From contig OY820579.1 in NCBI GenBank assembly GCA_963681965.1, positions 1,530,882-1,594,881 on the forward strand: a DNA stretch of 64,000 nt, in the 5' to 3' direction. Below the pieces are notes generated by a model. The model did no database searches. It worked only from the letters and a program-made list of their open reading frames with translations, and was not told the origin of the DNA. Numbering within the stretch: position 1 is the stretch's first letter; the number at the start of each line of letters is the position of its first letter. A program made the translations under genes and the position numbers. Positions 49,201-58,260 of the stretch are shown here, piece by piece. The stretch comes from a bacterium. Its GTDB lineage: Bacteria; Electryoneota; JAOADG01.

Positions 49201-49849
49201 GATGAAACTCGCCAATATATAACGGATTGGTGTATCGAAATTGACTCTGAAGACCCATCTTATAGAGATAATACAACGCCGGGGGCTTATCGATACAGAA
49301 AACGACAACTTTTTGTGCTTTCACTGCCTCGATAATCGCTTCGTAACTATTGTACTCAACCAATTGCTCGACACCGTGGCTTCGTAAATAGCTGATAGCA
49401 GCATCTCCGGATTTGACGGCAACAACAAACCCTTTCAATGACTCAACTCCGGTTATACCGGAAATGTTCTGATTAAAGAAAATTGGTACTTCGATTTGGG
49501 CATATGGTTTCGAAAAATCGTAGATCAGGTTTCGTTCGTCGTTTTGAAAAATGGTTTCGATGATGTCGTATTCACCCGCACTCATCAACCGGAGGGCTTC
49601 ACTCCAATCCATCCCTTCGATGATAATAGGCGTTCCAGTGCGATTTTCCCAAAGATGCCAATAGTCGATCGATATCCCTTGTAGTTTACCGTTGGGATCG
49701 CGAAAAGTAAATGGTGGGTAGTTGTCGTCAATGACAATTCGTAGTGGTTTTGTGGTCAGTGAATCGGCATGAGAAACCGAGCAGAGAAAGCAAAGTATCC
49801 AGCATAACCAGAATAAGCTTTCAGAAATACGAGGACGGAATATTCTCAT
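46226..49849 (-). CDS. Hybrid sensor histidine kinase/response regulator with periplasmic solute-binding domain and multiple PAS domains
   Basis: Start moved to ATG 49849 (MRIFRPRISESLFWLCWILCFLCSVSHA). SBP_bac_3-like N-domain, one TM segment, at least 4 PAS blocks, GGVAHDLNNVL H-box, HATPase motifs and a C-terminal REC domain (ILVIDD..DLLVMDMIMDPGIDG). Confidence 0.85.
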   Translation of the reverse strand: MRIFRPRISESLFWLCWILCFLCSVSHADSLTTKPLRIVIDDNYPPFTFRDPNGKLQGISIDYWHLWENRTGTPIIIEGMDWSEALRLMSAGEYDIIETIFQNDERNLIYDFSKPYAQIEVPIFFNQNISGITGVESLKGFVVAVKSGDAAISYLRSHGVEQLVEYNSYEAIIEAVKAQKVVVFCIDKPPALYYLYKMGLQSQFRYTNPLYIGEFHRAVKKGNSALLQKIENGFSLIDPAEYRAIERKWYGTETKYKEYLKYFAFIVSIVGLLVVILIIWNRTLRRTVEQRTAELKRILVQSNQQSEALRESEEQLRTLINSLPDIVIFKDAECRWIEANNFVLSLYGIDPSSYRYHTDTEFADLIPTHRSTFLRATITDEQCFISGSPIRFDAIIPFPNGWDLIFDIIKVPMFFPDGSRKGIVIIGRDITQRKHIENALRESEEKYRILLEESTDPIFSFNRDGSYRYVNNAFASAFGAKPEQITGKKIWDIFSFEEANRRFEAVRQVFESGVTSFIEGKVPTTNGSSFYLTTITPIKNDSGEVLSVLCIAKDISQRKEAEDALRAKTVELDRYFSSSLDLLCIADTGGHFRRLNPEWEKTLGYSLSELEGQLFLDFIHPDDLESTVHAISQLSNQQVVLSFTNRYRAKNGEYRWIEWRSYPQGELIYAVARDITERVVADHKRQVSEERLTLAIEGSGVGLWDWNIATDETIYNERWAEIVGYQLSEISNLRSKIWHQLCHPDDLLLSESALKKHFAGETPNYECEIRLLHKSGKWIWVLDRGKITEWDQHGIPTRMTGTHLDITARKHTEEERKNLEERLQRSQKMEALGTLAGGVAHDLNNVLGILVGYSELLIMGLPENNPMRDHAHQILRGGQRAAAIIQDLLTLARRGVAVSQIINLNSIISEFIESPEFESIQSLHPDVQVKTDLDKHLCNTKGSPVHLSKSVMNLLNNAMEAIPDKGLVTIKTENIYVDRPIRGYDHTKEGEYVLLTVTDNGTGISQNDLNRIFEPFYTKKVMGRSGTGLGLAVVWGTVKDHDGYIDVTSEPGIGSTFSLYFPMSREQVTETDLPHSIEEMQGKGEAILVIDDVEGQRNLAAQLLTNLGYEVVTAESGEKAIELVKAKKFDLLVMDMIMDPGIDGLETYIQILKHNPDQKAILVSGFSETERVKRAQQLGAGAYVRKPYLLDRIGMAVKHELSRTRES

Positions 49850-50110
49850 GGAATAACTCCGGGTAGAGAGAGTACAACTAAAACACTGATTCGATATGTC
49901 ACCTAATATGGTTATATCGAAAAAAATCGGTTCCAAGTTGAATGAATCTGCAATAATTAATCATTTTAACCGATGAGTTCGCGGAATACAAGGAGTAGTG
50001 ATGAAATATATGGTTTGCTATATAATGTATATTAATATTAAATATAACAATTTTACACCAATCAAGACCAGTATAGGCGTGGAAACAGAAATTGATCTTC
50101 TTAAATATCA

Positions 50111-50908
50111 CTATGTTAAAATTAAATGCTTGAGGAGTAATTGGTAAAAATGTTCCGCTGCCTGTTTTTCACGCCAAGGTGTATGACCGCACTTGCCTAG
50201 TAGGATAAATTCAAAGTTATTTAAGATCCGTCGTAACGGCTGCTCAACTCCTTCGAAAGGTGTTGGGTCGTAGTCTCCATGGATTGCTACGACTGGACAT
50301 TGAAGAAGTTGAACTGCAGTTAACAGTCGTCCATCGCTTCGCATTGCTGCTGCTTCATTCCATACCGATTGAAACAGTGCTCCATTAATTTCAAGGTCTT
50401 CAGCTTCAGATTTCACATCTAGTAAATCGTATGAATCGGTCTTTTCACTCAGTTCACCTAGCCGAGATAATTTCTCATCAGTATTTGGATTTGGAGCTGT
50501 TGAATGTAACACAGTCAGGAGTTCTTCAAATTCCCGACGTTCTGCGGATGTCAGCCGGTTCATGCGATTAGAATGTAATGCTGCGACATATTTTGTCTCG
50601 AATGCTCCGGAAGAAACCAGAATCAGCTTTGATACGAGCTCTGGATACTGCGCTGCGACAAAAATCGATAACCAGGCACCCCAAGAGTAGCCAATTAATT
50701 GGATTGGAATGGATCCTGCAGATCGTAACGTATTGCTAAGTTCTTCGATTTGTCCGGTGACAGTGATAGCTGTTTGGAGTGGTTCAAGTACACCGAACTG
50801 GCTGGAAAGCCGATGTGCGACCGGTGACATTTCACCGGCGGCACCCGGACCACCATGAATTACTGCAATTGTATATGGCGGTTCACCGTAGCGCCGAAGA
50901 TTGACCAT
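50111..50908 (-). CDS. Alpha/beta hydrolase
   Basis: HGGPG oxyanion region, nucleophile elbow GYSWG and a C-terminal H in GKCGHTPW. Confidence 0.75.
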   Translation of the reverse strand: MVNLRRYGEPPYTIAVIHGGPGAAGEMSPVAHRLSSQFGVLEPLQTAITVTGQIEELSNTLRSAGSIPIQLIGYSWGAWLSIFVAAQYPELVSKLILVSSGAFETKYVAALHSNRMNRLTSAERREFEELLTVLHSTAPNPNTDEKLSRLGELSEKTDSYDLLDVKSEAEDLEINGALFQSVWNEAAAMRSDGRLLTAVQLLQCPVVAIHGDYDPTPFEGVEQPLRRILNNFEFILLGKCGHTPWREKQAAEHFYQLLLKHLILT

Positions 50909-50925
50909 GAATTCAAGATCCTTTA

Positions 50926-51909
50926 TTAGAAGTCCAGGACCATTCCACCCCAGGTCAGACCAGCGCCGAAACTGGCAAGAATTATCGAATCACCACGGTG
51001 CAATTTTCCGTCGCCGATAGCGTCGACCATTGCGATTGGAATCGTGGCGGAAGATGTATTCGCGCGACGGTCGATATTCAAATAAAATTTTTCGAATGGA
51101 ATTTTGGCTTTGTCGCAGGCATATTCGACGATCCGACGATTCGCTTGGTGAGGAATAATCAGGTCGATATCGTCGATCGATTGATTAGTACTTTCAAGCG
51201 ATTTCCGAATAATATCGATCAGAATGTCCGACCCGAATCGAAAAATCGCTTTGCCGTTCATCGTGATGTAATCCAGTCCAGCGGTACCGACCGTTAACAG
51301 TGGTCGTACCGAACCACTTCCGACCAGCATTAACCACTCCTTGGGTGGTTGCCCGTTGGCGCCGAGATGAAAGTGATGAATCGATTTTGTCTCGGAGCGC
51401 GATAAAATCGCTGCTCCGGCACCGTCACCGAACAAAACGCAGCAAGTGCGATCCGACCAGTCGAGGAAGCGAGACATTGTTTCAGTACCAATGACCAGAA
51501 TGTGTTTCATCGATCCGCTATGGATGAACTGATCGGCGATCGATAATCCATACAAAAATCCCGAACAGGCAGCTCCGAGATCGACAGCGGCGGCATTCGA
51601 AGCCCCAATCTTTCCTTGTACTTGACACGCGGTAGAAGGCATCATCATATCGGGAGTTAATGTCGCCAATAGAATCATATCCAATTCATCGGCATTTAAA
51701 TGCGCATCTGCCAGTGCTTGAATTGCTGCATTGGCAGCTAAATCGGAGGTCGATTCTTCCGGAGCAATGATATGGCGTTGTTTAATCCCGGTTCGACTGA
51801 CAATCCATTCGTCCGAAGTATCGATTTTTTTCGCTAGATCGTCATTCGTGACGATCTGCTGAGGTAAGTATGCTCCTAATCCGGAGATACGGGAATAGTA
51901 CTCTGACAT
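50926..51909 (-). CDS. fabH: Beta-ketoacyl-ACP synthase III
   Basis: Start moved to ATG 51909 (MSEYYSRISGLGAYLPQQIVTNDDL..TSDEWIVSRTGIKQRH). Active-site region AACSGF; HQAN and GAGLTWG motifs. Confidence 0.9.
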   Translation of the reverse strand: MSEYYSRISGLGAYLPQQIVTNDDLAKKIDTSDEWIVSRTGIKQRHIIAPEESTSDLAANAAIQALADAHLNADELDMILLATLTPDMMMPSTACQVQGKIGASNAAAVDLGAACSGFLYGLSIADQFIHSGSMKHILVIGTETMSRFLDWSDRTCCVLFGDGAGAAILSRSETKSIHHFHLGANGQPPKEWLMLVGSGSVRPLLTVGTAGLDYITMNGKAIFRFGSDILIDIIRKSLESTNQSIDDIDLIIPHQANRRIVEYACDKAKIPFEKFYLNIDRRANTSSATIPIAMVDAIGDGKLHRGDSIILASFGAGLTWGGMVLDF

Positions 51910-51940
51910 TCGAAAAACCAATGATTTATAGTAAGAAAGA

Positions 51941-52231
51941 TTAGTACGTATTGAGATGGGAGTCGGTAACAGCCAGAGACAGGAAAATGTGCATAATTTT
52001 TTCATCGGAAAAAAATCCGTTTGCAACATCACATGCTTTGATCGCACGCCTGACCGGTTCGATTTGTTCGACGATCCAGAATTGTTCTACAATCTTTCGT
52101 AATGAAGCTGAACCAATGCAATTCGTACCGGTATCGGTGACAATTGTGAATTGACTTCGGTCAGCAATTAATAGTAATTCGAACGGCGGATTGCCGGTTC
52201 GTAAAGCAGAATTTATTATCTTGAGCAGAAC
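51941..52231 (-). pseudogene. Possible STAS-domain (anti-sigma-factor-antagonist-like) gene remnant without a start codon
   Basis: 96-codon stop-to-stop frame: VLLKIINSALRTGNPPFELLLIADRSQFTIVTDTGTNCIGSASLRKIVEQFWIVEQIEPVRRAIKACDVANGFFSDEKIMH.. By eye this aligns to the SpoIIAA-like core (..DLSFMDSSGLGVL..V.R.....GL...F). It has no ATG/GTG/TTG start before the distal ATG of ..EKIMH.., which would leave only ~18 codons. Confidence 0.3.
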
Positions 52232-52341
52232 TCAATATAAATGATTTATTCGTATGCTGCTAATCGATCTGAATGAGGTTCATACAACACATGCGAGACA
52301 AAAAAAATCACCATGAATTCTAGTCAGTTAGAGATCGACAT

Positions 52342-53484
52342 TTAACCTTCGATTAAATGCGGTACAAACCGACTTGTGTTGGTCGTGATAAGCGTGTTTG
52401 ATTCGCGAATCCCAATCCCAGCCGCTTCACCACCGATGACCCATGACCCGATAACGGGATAGTTTTGATTGAAATTGGGTAATTCGCAAAGCTGCTGCAC
52501 AATAAATCCTTCTTCACCGTATTCACCACCCGATCCCGCGAGTAATTTATTTTGCTTAATCAAATCGATATTGGCACCTTCGCGAGAAAAAATCGGTTTG
52601 CGGGCATAATCGGATAGACTATGTGATTCGCTATCGAAATATGCAGGAAGTAGATATGGACAGCTTTTATGCATCCGATAGAGAATCGGTAAAAATCCTT
52701 TATTACTAACGATCATTTTCCAAGCTGGTTCGATCCAATATGCCTTATTGATATCCTTCAAGAGGTTTTGACCGAATTCCTCATGGATCAACCATTCCCA
52801 CGGATACAATTTGAAAATATTCTTGATCGAATCTTCGTTCAGGTCGGTAAATTCGTTGCTCGATCCATTCCAACCGATATCTTCGACCGCGATATATTCA
52901 GTCAACAAACCCGCTTGGATCGCAGTATCCCGCATGTATTCAGTGGTGATAATATCTTCGGTGTTGTCTGATACCGAAGCGAAATAGACTCTTCGAACGC
53001 CAAAGTACGGTTTCAGTTCAGTCCAGTATGCGATCAATTTCTCGTGAATCGAGTTAAATTGGTCGGCATGTTGATTGAAATCTTGCAACCAGTGCCATTG
53101 AACAACCGACGATTCCAGTAGTGATGTCGGAGTATCGGCATTGTACTCCAACATTTTGGGTACGCCATTGCCATCAAAACGAAAATCGAACCGACCGTAG
53201 ATCGAGGGTTCGTCTTCATTCCATGATCGCAAAATAATAGGTATAAATTCGTCCGGGATGCATAATTGGCTATACAAATTGTGATCGATAATCTGTTGAA
53301 CAGTATCCAAACACAACTCATGCAGCTCGTTAGTCGCCTTTTCCAAGGTGAGAATTTCATTCATCGTAAAGCTGTAATAAGCCGACTCGTCCCAATACAC
53401 ATCGCCAAGAGTGTGAAATGAAAACCCGAGTGCTTCGACCTTGGACTGCCAATCTTTTCGCGGAGTAATTTCAACACGTTTCAT
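52342..53484 (-). CDS. Glutathionylspermidine synthase family protein (YjfC-like ATP-grasp)
   Basis: 380 aa. N-terminus PRKDWQSKVEALGFSFHT..YWDESAYY, and the blocks YGRFDFRFDG and EYNADTP are typical of the GspS pre-ATP-grasp/synthetase family. Confidence 0.8.
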   Translation of the reverse strand: MKRVEITPRKDWQSKVEALGFSFHTLGDVYWDESAYYSFTMNEILTLEKATNELHELCLDTVQQIIDHNLYSQLCIPDEFIPIILRSWNEDEPSIYGRFDFRFDGNGVPKMLEYNADTPTSLLESSVVQWHWLQDFNQHADQFNSIHEKLIAYWTELKPYFGVRRVYFASVSDNTEDIITTEYMRDTAIQAGLLTEYIAVEDIGWNGSSNEFTDLNEDSIKNIFKLYPWEWLIHEEFGQNLLKDINKAYWIEPAWKMIVSNKGFLPILYRMHKSCPYLLPAYFDSESHSLSDYARKPIFSREGANIDLIKQNKLLAGSGGEYGEEGFIVQQLCELPNFNQNYPVIGSWVIGGEAAGIGIRESNTLITTNTSRFVPHLIEG

Positions 53485-53837
53485 GAACCAATTCCTCGAC
53501 TTGACCCGCCAAAACCGCCACGGCTACTGATCGCTGATGTTCGACTCGATGTGTGTCCTCCCGAAAATGCGTGCGAAGAACTCCGGAAACGGGATACTTC
53601 GGGTCCGTAATAACCACCACTCCGGTAGGGGGAAGCAAACGAATTGTGAAAAATGAAAAATGGCAGATAACCCATTCCATAATGATAGTAAGGGCGATAA
53701 ACCGTCGAAATCGTATCCTGAGAATTTGTCCACCCGTGAACGGTCAAATCGCGAGTTGTCTCGTCCTGCTTTTTCGAACAGGCTGCAAGCGAGACAGTGG
53801 TGATCAAAACCAGTGCGACTTGTCGAGACTTTTTCAT
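53481..53837 (-). CDS. DUF1190 (YjfM)-like lipoprotein
   Basis: Lipobox SLAAC. The Gly/Ser-rich C-terminus SSRGGFGGSSRGIGS resembles the YjfM tail. 4-nt overlap with the YjfC-like gene. Confidence 0.5.
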   Translation of the reverse strand: MKKSRQVALVLITTVSLAACSKKQDETTRDLTVHGWTNSQDTISTVYRPYYHYGMGYLPFFIFHNSFASPYRSGGYYGPEVSRFRSSSHAFSGGHTSSRTSAISSRGGFGGSSRGIGS

Positions 53838-54211
53838 CGATGAATCCCCTTCATTTGGAAGTAGATATCGAATTCTTTGTTGACAATCGTATCGCGTTCA
53901 CCGTCCGGTGTTTGCGTTTTTTCTGTCCCTAAATTGGGAAGCGTATCGCTAAAGACGAACTCTTTGAGTGTCAAATGCTGGGAGTAGATTCTTTGTGTCG
54001 TCGTTAATAACGTTCGACCGTCGGGAAGTCGATAGGAATCAGTGTAATATTCGACACTATTTTCATGTGAAATCGAAGGTGGAATCGCTGTCTCTTCAGT
54101 ATTGGTCGAAACGAAAATTGCAACAATGATAATAATCACTGCGATTGATATAAACCCGATTATCAGCAATTTGCGGTTAGTAAATTGCCTGTTTTCACCC
54201 ATTCTTCCCAT
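53834..54211 (-). CDS. Single-pass membrane protein, unknown function
   Basis: One TM helix (LLIIGFISIAVIIIIVAIFV). Translationally coupled to the downstream gene by a 4-nt overlap. Confidence 0.5.
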   Translation of the reverse strand: MGRMGENRQFTNRKLLIIGFISIAVIIIIVAIFVSTNTEETAIPPSISHENSVEYYTDSYRLPDGRTLLTTTQRIYSQHLTLKEFVFSDTLPNLGTEKTQTPDGERDTIVNKEFDIYFQMKGIHR

Positions 54212-54229
54212 GGTTCCCTCGTCGTTTCG

Positions 54230-54574
54230 TTATTTCTTGATGGATACCCAGCGCTGTTCGGACATATATTGGGTAAATGCGGTTTGACCTTGTTCTTTAA
54301 TCCGATCGATACACGCTTTTCGACTGGTATGCGAGAGCCATTCGCCCAATCGGATGATCATCGGATTAAACGGTGTACAGTCGGCAACATTGGGAAACTT
54401 CGTGCACTCGAAACAGCCGTTGTACCCGTGTTCGCTGTTGCAAGGTTTGACTTTGCACCAGTTCGATCCGGTAGTAGTATGACAGCCGGGGCATTTTCCC
54501 TTCAGATGCCTAGGACATGCTCCGCAATATAAGCCACAATAAGCAATTAACTTTTCGCTGCATTCGATTGTCAT
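54230..54574 (-). CDS. DUF3795 domain-containing Cys-rich protein
   Basis: CGLYCGACPRHLKGKCPGCH...WCKVKPC...CFEC pattern. Confidence 0.7.
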   Translation of the reverse strand: MTIECSEKLIAYCGLYCGACPRHLKGKCPGCHTTTGSNWCKVKPCNSEHGYNGCFECTKFPNVADCTPFNPMIIRLGEWLSHTSRKACIDRIKEQGQTAFTQYMSEQRWVSIKK

Positions 54575-54734
54575 CGATTCATCCTGTCTCTAGTTAGATA
54601 CACACGGAACAGAAGCGGTTGCATTCTAAAACACTGAGTAAAAAGTATTGCAATGAATCGATTGGATCAATACCTGAACCATAAAAAAGGGTTATACCAT
54701 TGGTATAACCCTTTTTATGAAATCGATTTCAAGC

Positions 54735-55463
54735 CTATTCAAACACCTTCTCTAGCCCCAGATAGGCTGTGTGCATTGTTTCAACAGCCTCTTTGATCTT
54801 CTTTTCGTCTTTACTGGGTATTGTCTTCGCCAGCTCCTCTACCGATGTTGAAAGCGTCGCGCGGGCAGCGATAAAACTGTCGTTTCGTTTCTTCATTCGC
54901 TCGGGCAACACTACTTTATTCAATAAATCCATCTGTTTCTGGAGTTCAGCTACATCGGATTGGACTTTCAATTGATCGAATTTTACAATGTGATAGTGGT
55001 ATAGCGGGTATAGCGCTTCGTGAAATGACTCCATCTCTTTCAAGACGGGAGTGACAATTCGAACCAGCATTTCGTAATTGCGATGTAATTTTTCGGCAGC
55101 GTCGAGGATGGCTTGATCGGTTTTGGAATTCAAGGCTTTCTTGTATTCGATAACCGTCTCTTGCATAGCCTGAACACCTTTTTCCCATTTGACTTTTTTG
55201 TCCCGGAGAATTCCGGGAAGTTCGGATTTTGCTACGGCATCGGCGTTTTTTTCGATATCCGGGAGCAATTTCCCGAACATCTCCATATCCTTATTTGCCC
55301 ATGCGACATGCCACATTGGATAAATCACTTCATGCATTTTTTCCAGTGCCGGTACTTCAGCTTTGACTTCTGTCGCTAATTCGTGTGCTTTCTCTTCCGC
55401 GTATGAAAATCCGCAAGCCAATAATACGAGCATTCCGATGAATACTTTTTCAATCGATTTCAT
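54735..55463 (-). CDS. Secreted all-helical protein with an internal duplication and conserved His motifs
   Basis: Start moved to ATG 55463 (MKSIEKVFIGMLVLLACGFSYA). Repeated motifs: MHEVIYPMWH / FHEALYPLYH and LHRNYE / MHTAYL. Confidence 0.55.
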   Translation of the reverse strand: MKSIEKVFIGMLVLLACGFSYAEEKAHELATEVKAEVPALEKMHEVIYPMWHVAWANKDMEMFGKLLPDIEKNADAVAKSELPGILRDKKVKWEKGVQAMQETVIEYKKALNSKTDQAILDAAEKLHRNYEMLVRIVTPVLKEMESFHEALYPLYHYHIVKFDQLKVQSDVAELQKQMDLLNKVVLPERMKKRNDSFIAARATLSTSVEELAKTIPSKDEKKIKEAVETMHTAYLGLEKVFE

Positions 55464-55664
55464 ATTTGAAAATCCTCGGTTGATGATTAAAGAGCTGCCA
55501 TCGACAAACAGTCGTATCTGCAAGAAATGGCAGGGTATACAATTACAATACCGCTTTTTCGCAAATAAAAAAAGGAAGCGGTCAGTTGATTGAACTAATT
55601 TCCAAAGTAAGACACTTCAATTACCGACTTGTTTAATCGCTTCGTAATACGGAAAATAGCGCCA

Positions 55665-56615
55665 TTAAGAGTGCAGTAGCTCTTGTTTCTGGCAGCCACA
55701 TACTTCCGGCATGAGCGTACAATGATCGATTTTCCAATGATGATTCAAGTGTTCTTGCATCGTATTCAACGTGCATTCCGCTTGTGTTAGCGATTGATCG
55801 TCCATTTTTACGTGTGCTGTCAAGAGTCTTCCACCGGATCCGATCTCCCAAATATGGATATGATGAATACTTTGGATCGGAAACTCCCGCTCGATTTCGG
55901 ATTGTATCTGTTCAAGATCGATGTCGTGAGGTGTTCCCTCCATCAGGATATGGAGAGCATCGCGAACGATGTGCCAACCGCTGAATAGCACCATTATCGC
56001 CACTACCAGCGAGGCGATTGGATCAAAGTATTGCCCATAGGGTAAACTGACAAGGAGTGCCGAACCAATAACCACTAGCGAGGAGATCGTATCCTGTAAT
56101 AAATGTAGAAATGCGCCCTTCATGTTCAAGTCATCGTGAGCATGAGTTCGGAGCAAAAACATCGCTGCCGCATTGGCGAGTAGACCAATTGATGCGACGA
56201 TTAGTACGATTCCAGAGGCGATCGGTTGTGGATGGAGAATCCGTTCAATCGCCTCACGAACAATAAGGGTTACTACAATCAGTAGGGTTGCGCCGTTGAG
56301 CAGTGCCGCCAGCACTTCTGCGCGTTTCATGCCATAGGTATACTTCACTGTCGCCGGTCGCTGCGATAGCCGAATCGCAAATAGTGCGATCCCAAGTGCC
56401 GCTACATCGCTCAAATTGTGCATCGAGTCGGATAACAACGCTAAACTACCAGAATAGATTCCACCCAGGATTTGTGCAATGACAATTACAGCGTTTAACC
56501 AGATACTGAGTGATAGCCGTTTTTGCAGCGACATTCCTCCATGAGGATTATTTTCAACATGATTGTGATGATCATGGTGATGATGACCTTCGTGCTCGTG
56601 ATGGGTATGCGACAT
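55665..56615 (-). CDS. Cation diffusion facilitator family transporter (CzcD/ZitB-like)
   Basis: Start moved to ATG 56615. His-rich N-terminus MSHTHHEHEGHHHHDHHNH, plus SLALLSDSMHNLSD and HLLQD motifs. Confidence 0.85.
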   Translation of the reverse strand: MSHTHHEHEGHHHHDHHNHVENNPHGGMSLQKRLSLSIWLNAVIVIAQILGGIYSGSLALLSDSMHNLSDVAALGIALFAIRLSQRPATVKYTYGMKRAEVLAALLNGATLLIVVTLIVREAIERILHPQPIASGIVLIVASIGLLANAAAMFLLRTHAHDDLNMKGAFLHLLQDTISSLVVIGSALLVSLPYGQYFDPIASLVVAIMVLFSGWHIVRDALHILMEGTPHDIDLEQIQSEIEREFPIQSIHHIHIWEIGSGGRLLTAHVKMDDQSLTQAECTLNTMQEHLNHHWKIDHCTLMPEVCGCQKQELLHS

Positions 56616-56776
56616 AGAGTTTTCCGATTGGAGTTTATACAAAACCTTCGGTGTAATATACAAACATCGTGATATTGGTTGAAACACCGAAAAATTCGAA
56701 CGGAAGACACACAAAAACGAGTAACGCCCACTAATTGCAAGTGGGCGTATTCGAACAATATCGGTTGTGAAGATTC

Positions 56777-57910
56777 TTATCGATGTCTACGATCGTCGTC
56801 TCGACGTCTGCGATCGTTATCGTGCGAGCCTGCGCGTCCGCGATCATTGTCGTGTCGCTCAGGTCGATCCCGGTGTGAATTAAATACGAACGGTGCAGGA
56901 TGATGTGGGTGGCGGTCCCCAAGAACGATTCGAAACAATGGGAAGGAAATCGATGCCGGACGCCATGGGTGACGAAAATGGTGAAAAGGTGGATAACACG
57001 GACGATCGATAATCCGTACGACTCGCTCCTCGACAATCGGTCGTTCGGTGTGAACAATCACCGTTTTGTTACTTGCAACAGTTGAGCGATTTTGGTCATA
57101 CGTATCCAAGTAGATCGATCCGGATCTTGTTTCGACCAGGATTGTTCCATCGCCATTTCCTAACCGACCAGATGCATAAGTCTGACGGGGATTGATGGAA
57201 AGCGACGAACCGAAATATCCACTGGAAACGGTACCGTAATCGGTACGAGCCGAAACCATCGACGAGACATTGTCGGGGAGTTGTAGATGAATGGACCCAT
57301 TTTCAGTCTTTGCTTTGATACGCCCGTTATCATCTAGCGCTAGATACAAATTCAATTCGCCATTGGTTGTTCGAATGGTTGCATCGCTGGTAGCACCGTC
57401 AATGGTGATATTGCCGTTCATCGTTGTCGTCGTTAATTTGCCGAAACAATTCGCCAGTTCGATATCGCCATTGGTCGTCTGAAATTGAATGTCGGCTTTC
57501 CGATCGCGACATACAATATTACCCGAAACCGATGTGACTTTTAGTTGTACTTCGTCGGGTACAGTGATCGAGTATTCGATCGAACCATCGTAATCGGACC
57601 GATTGAATTGCGATGATTTGATATCGATTCCGCTTGCGGAATTGACAACGTGGATTTGCAGTTCATTCAAATAATTATCGCAAAGATCGCTTACCGGACC
57701 GATGATTTTTTTAGTAGCATGAATTGTGATCCGGTTGTCGGAGCTAGGGAGAATCTCCACATCTCCATTCGAATTCGTCAAGGTAAAGTATCGGATATTG
57801 CCGACAGATAACTCCTTGTCGAATGTCGTCTGAGCTTCGGCGGCGAACGCTAGTGAAGACAGACTGATCGTCAGAGCGACGATTGACAGAGTTAAAGTTG
57901 TCTTAAACAT
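56777..57910 (-). CDS. DUF4097-family beta-strand repeat protein with an Arg/Asp/His-rich tail
   Basis: Signal peptide and repeated NG.I.I / NGSIHL strands. The C-terminal ~90 residues are low-complexity (..HRDRPERHDNDRGRAGSHDNDRRRRDDDRRHR). Confidence 0.65.
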   Translation of the reverse strand: MFKTTLTLSIVALTISLSSLAFAAEAQTTFDKELSVGNIRYFTLTNSNGDVEILPSSDNRITIHATKKIIGPVSDLCDNYLNELQIHVVNSASGIDIKSSQFNRSDYDGSIEYSITVPDEVQLKVTSVSGNIVCRDRKADIQFQTTNGDIELANCFGKLTTTTMNGNITIDGATSDATIRTTNGELNLYLALDDNGRIKAKTENGSIHLQLPDNVSSMVSARTDYGTVSSGYFGSSLSINPRQTYASGRLGNGDGTILVETRSGSIYLDTYDQNRSTVASNKTVIVHTERPIVEERVVRIIDRPCYPPFHHFRHPWRPASISFPLFRIVLGDRHPHHPAPFVFNSHRDRPERHDNDRGRAGSHDNDRRRRDDDRRHR

Positions 57911-58260
57911 GATTCCCTCTTCGTGAGTTACTCATTATACGCATAGGTTCCAAAAAAAGTCGACACTGTTTCCATGAGGTACAAAGTATCGAGTATTCAA
58001 AGGTGCTGGAAGCGGAGTGGTAAAGTCGACGGTAATTTGCGAATAGGGAGAGCGCAACCATCGACGAATAGTTAGTGTGAGTGGATCGAAAGAAAGTTGC
58101 TCTTACTAGTGAGATGAGAGGAATTTCCAATTCGTTTAATCTCGCTAAACGAAAATTGACGCGATCTCCCAAAAAAACAAATTGCACATTCGGTACTGGA
58201 AAATCGCGTCAAAAATTTATTGAAAGAACAGTCTAGTATGATTCGAACGAGAAATAGAAA

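Noticed and set aside
57903-58187. 94-aa minus-strand ORF between the DUF4097 gene and hpf
   Set aside because: It overlaps the DUF4097 gene start, and has no SD, no motif and a composition typical of non-coding AT-rich spacer.
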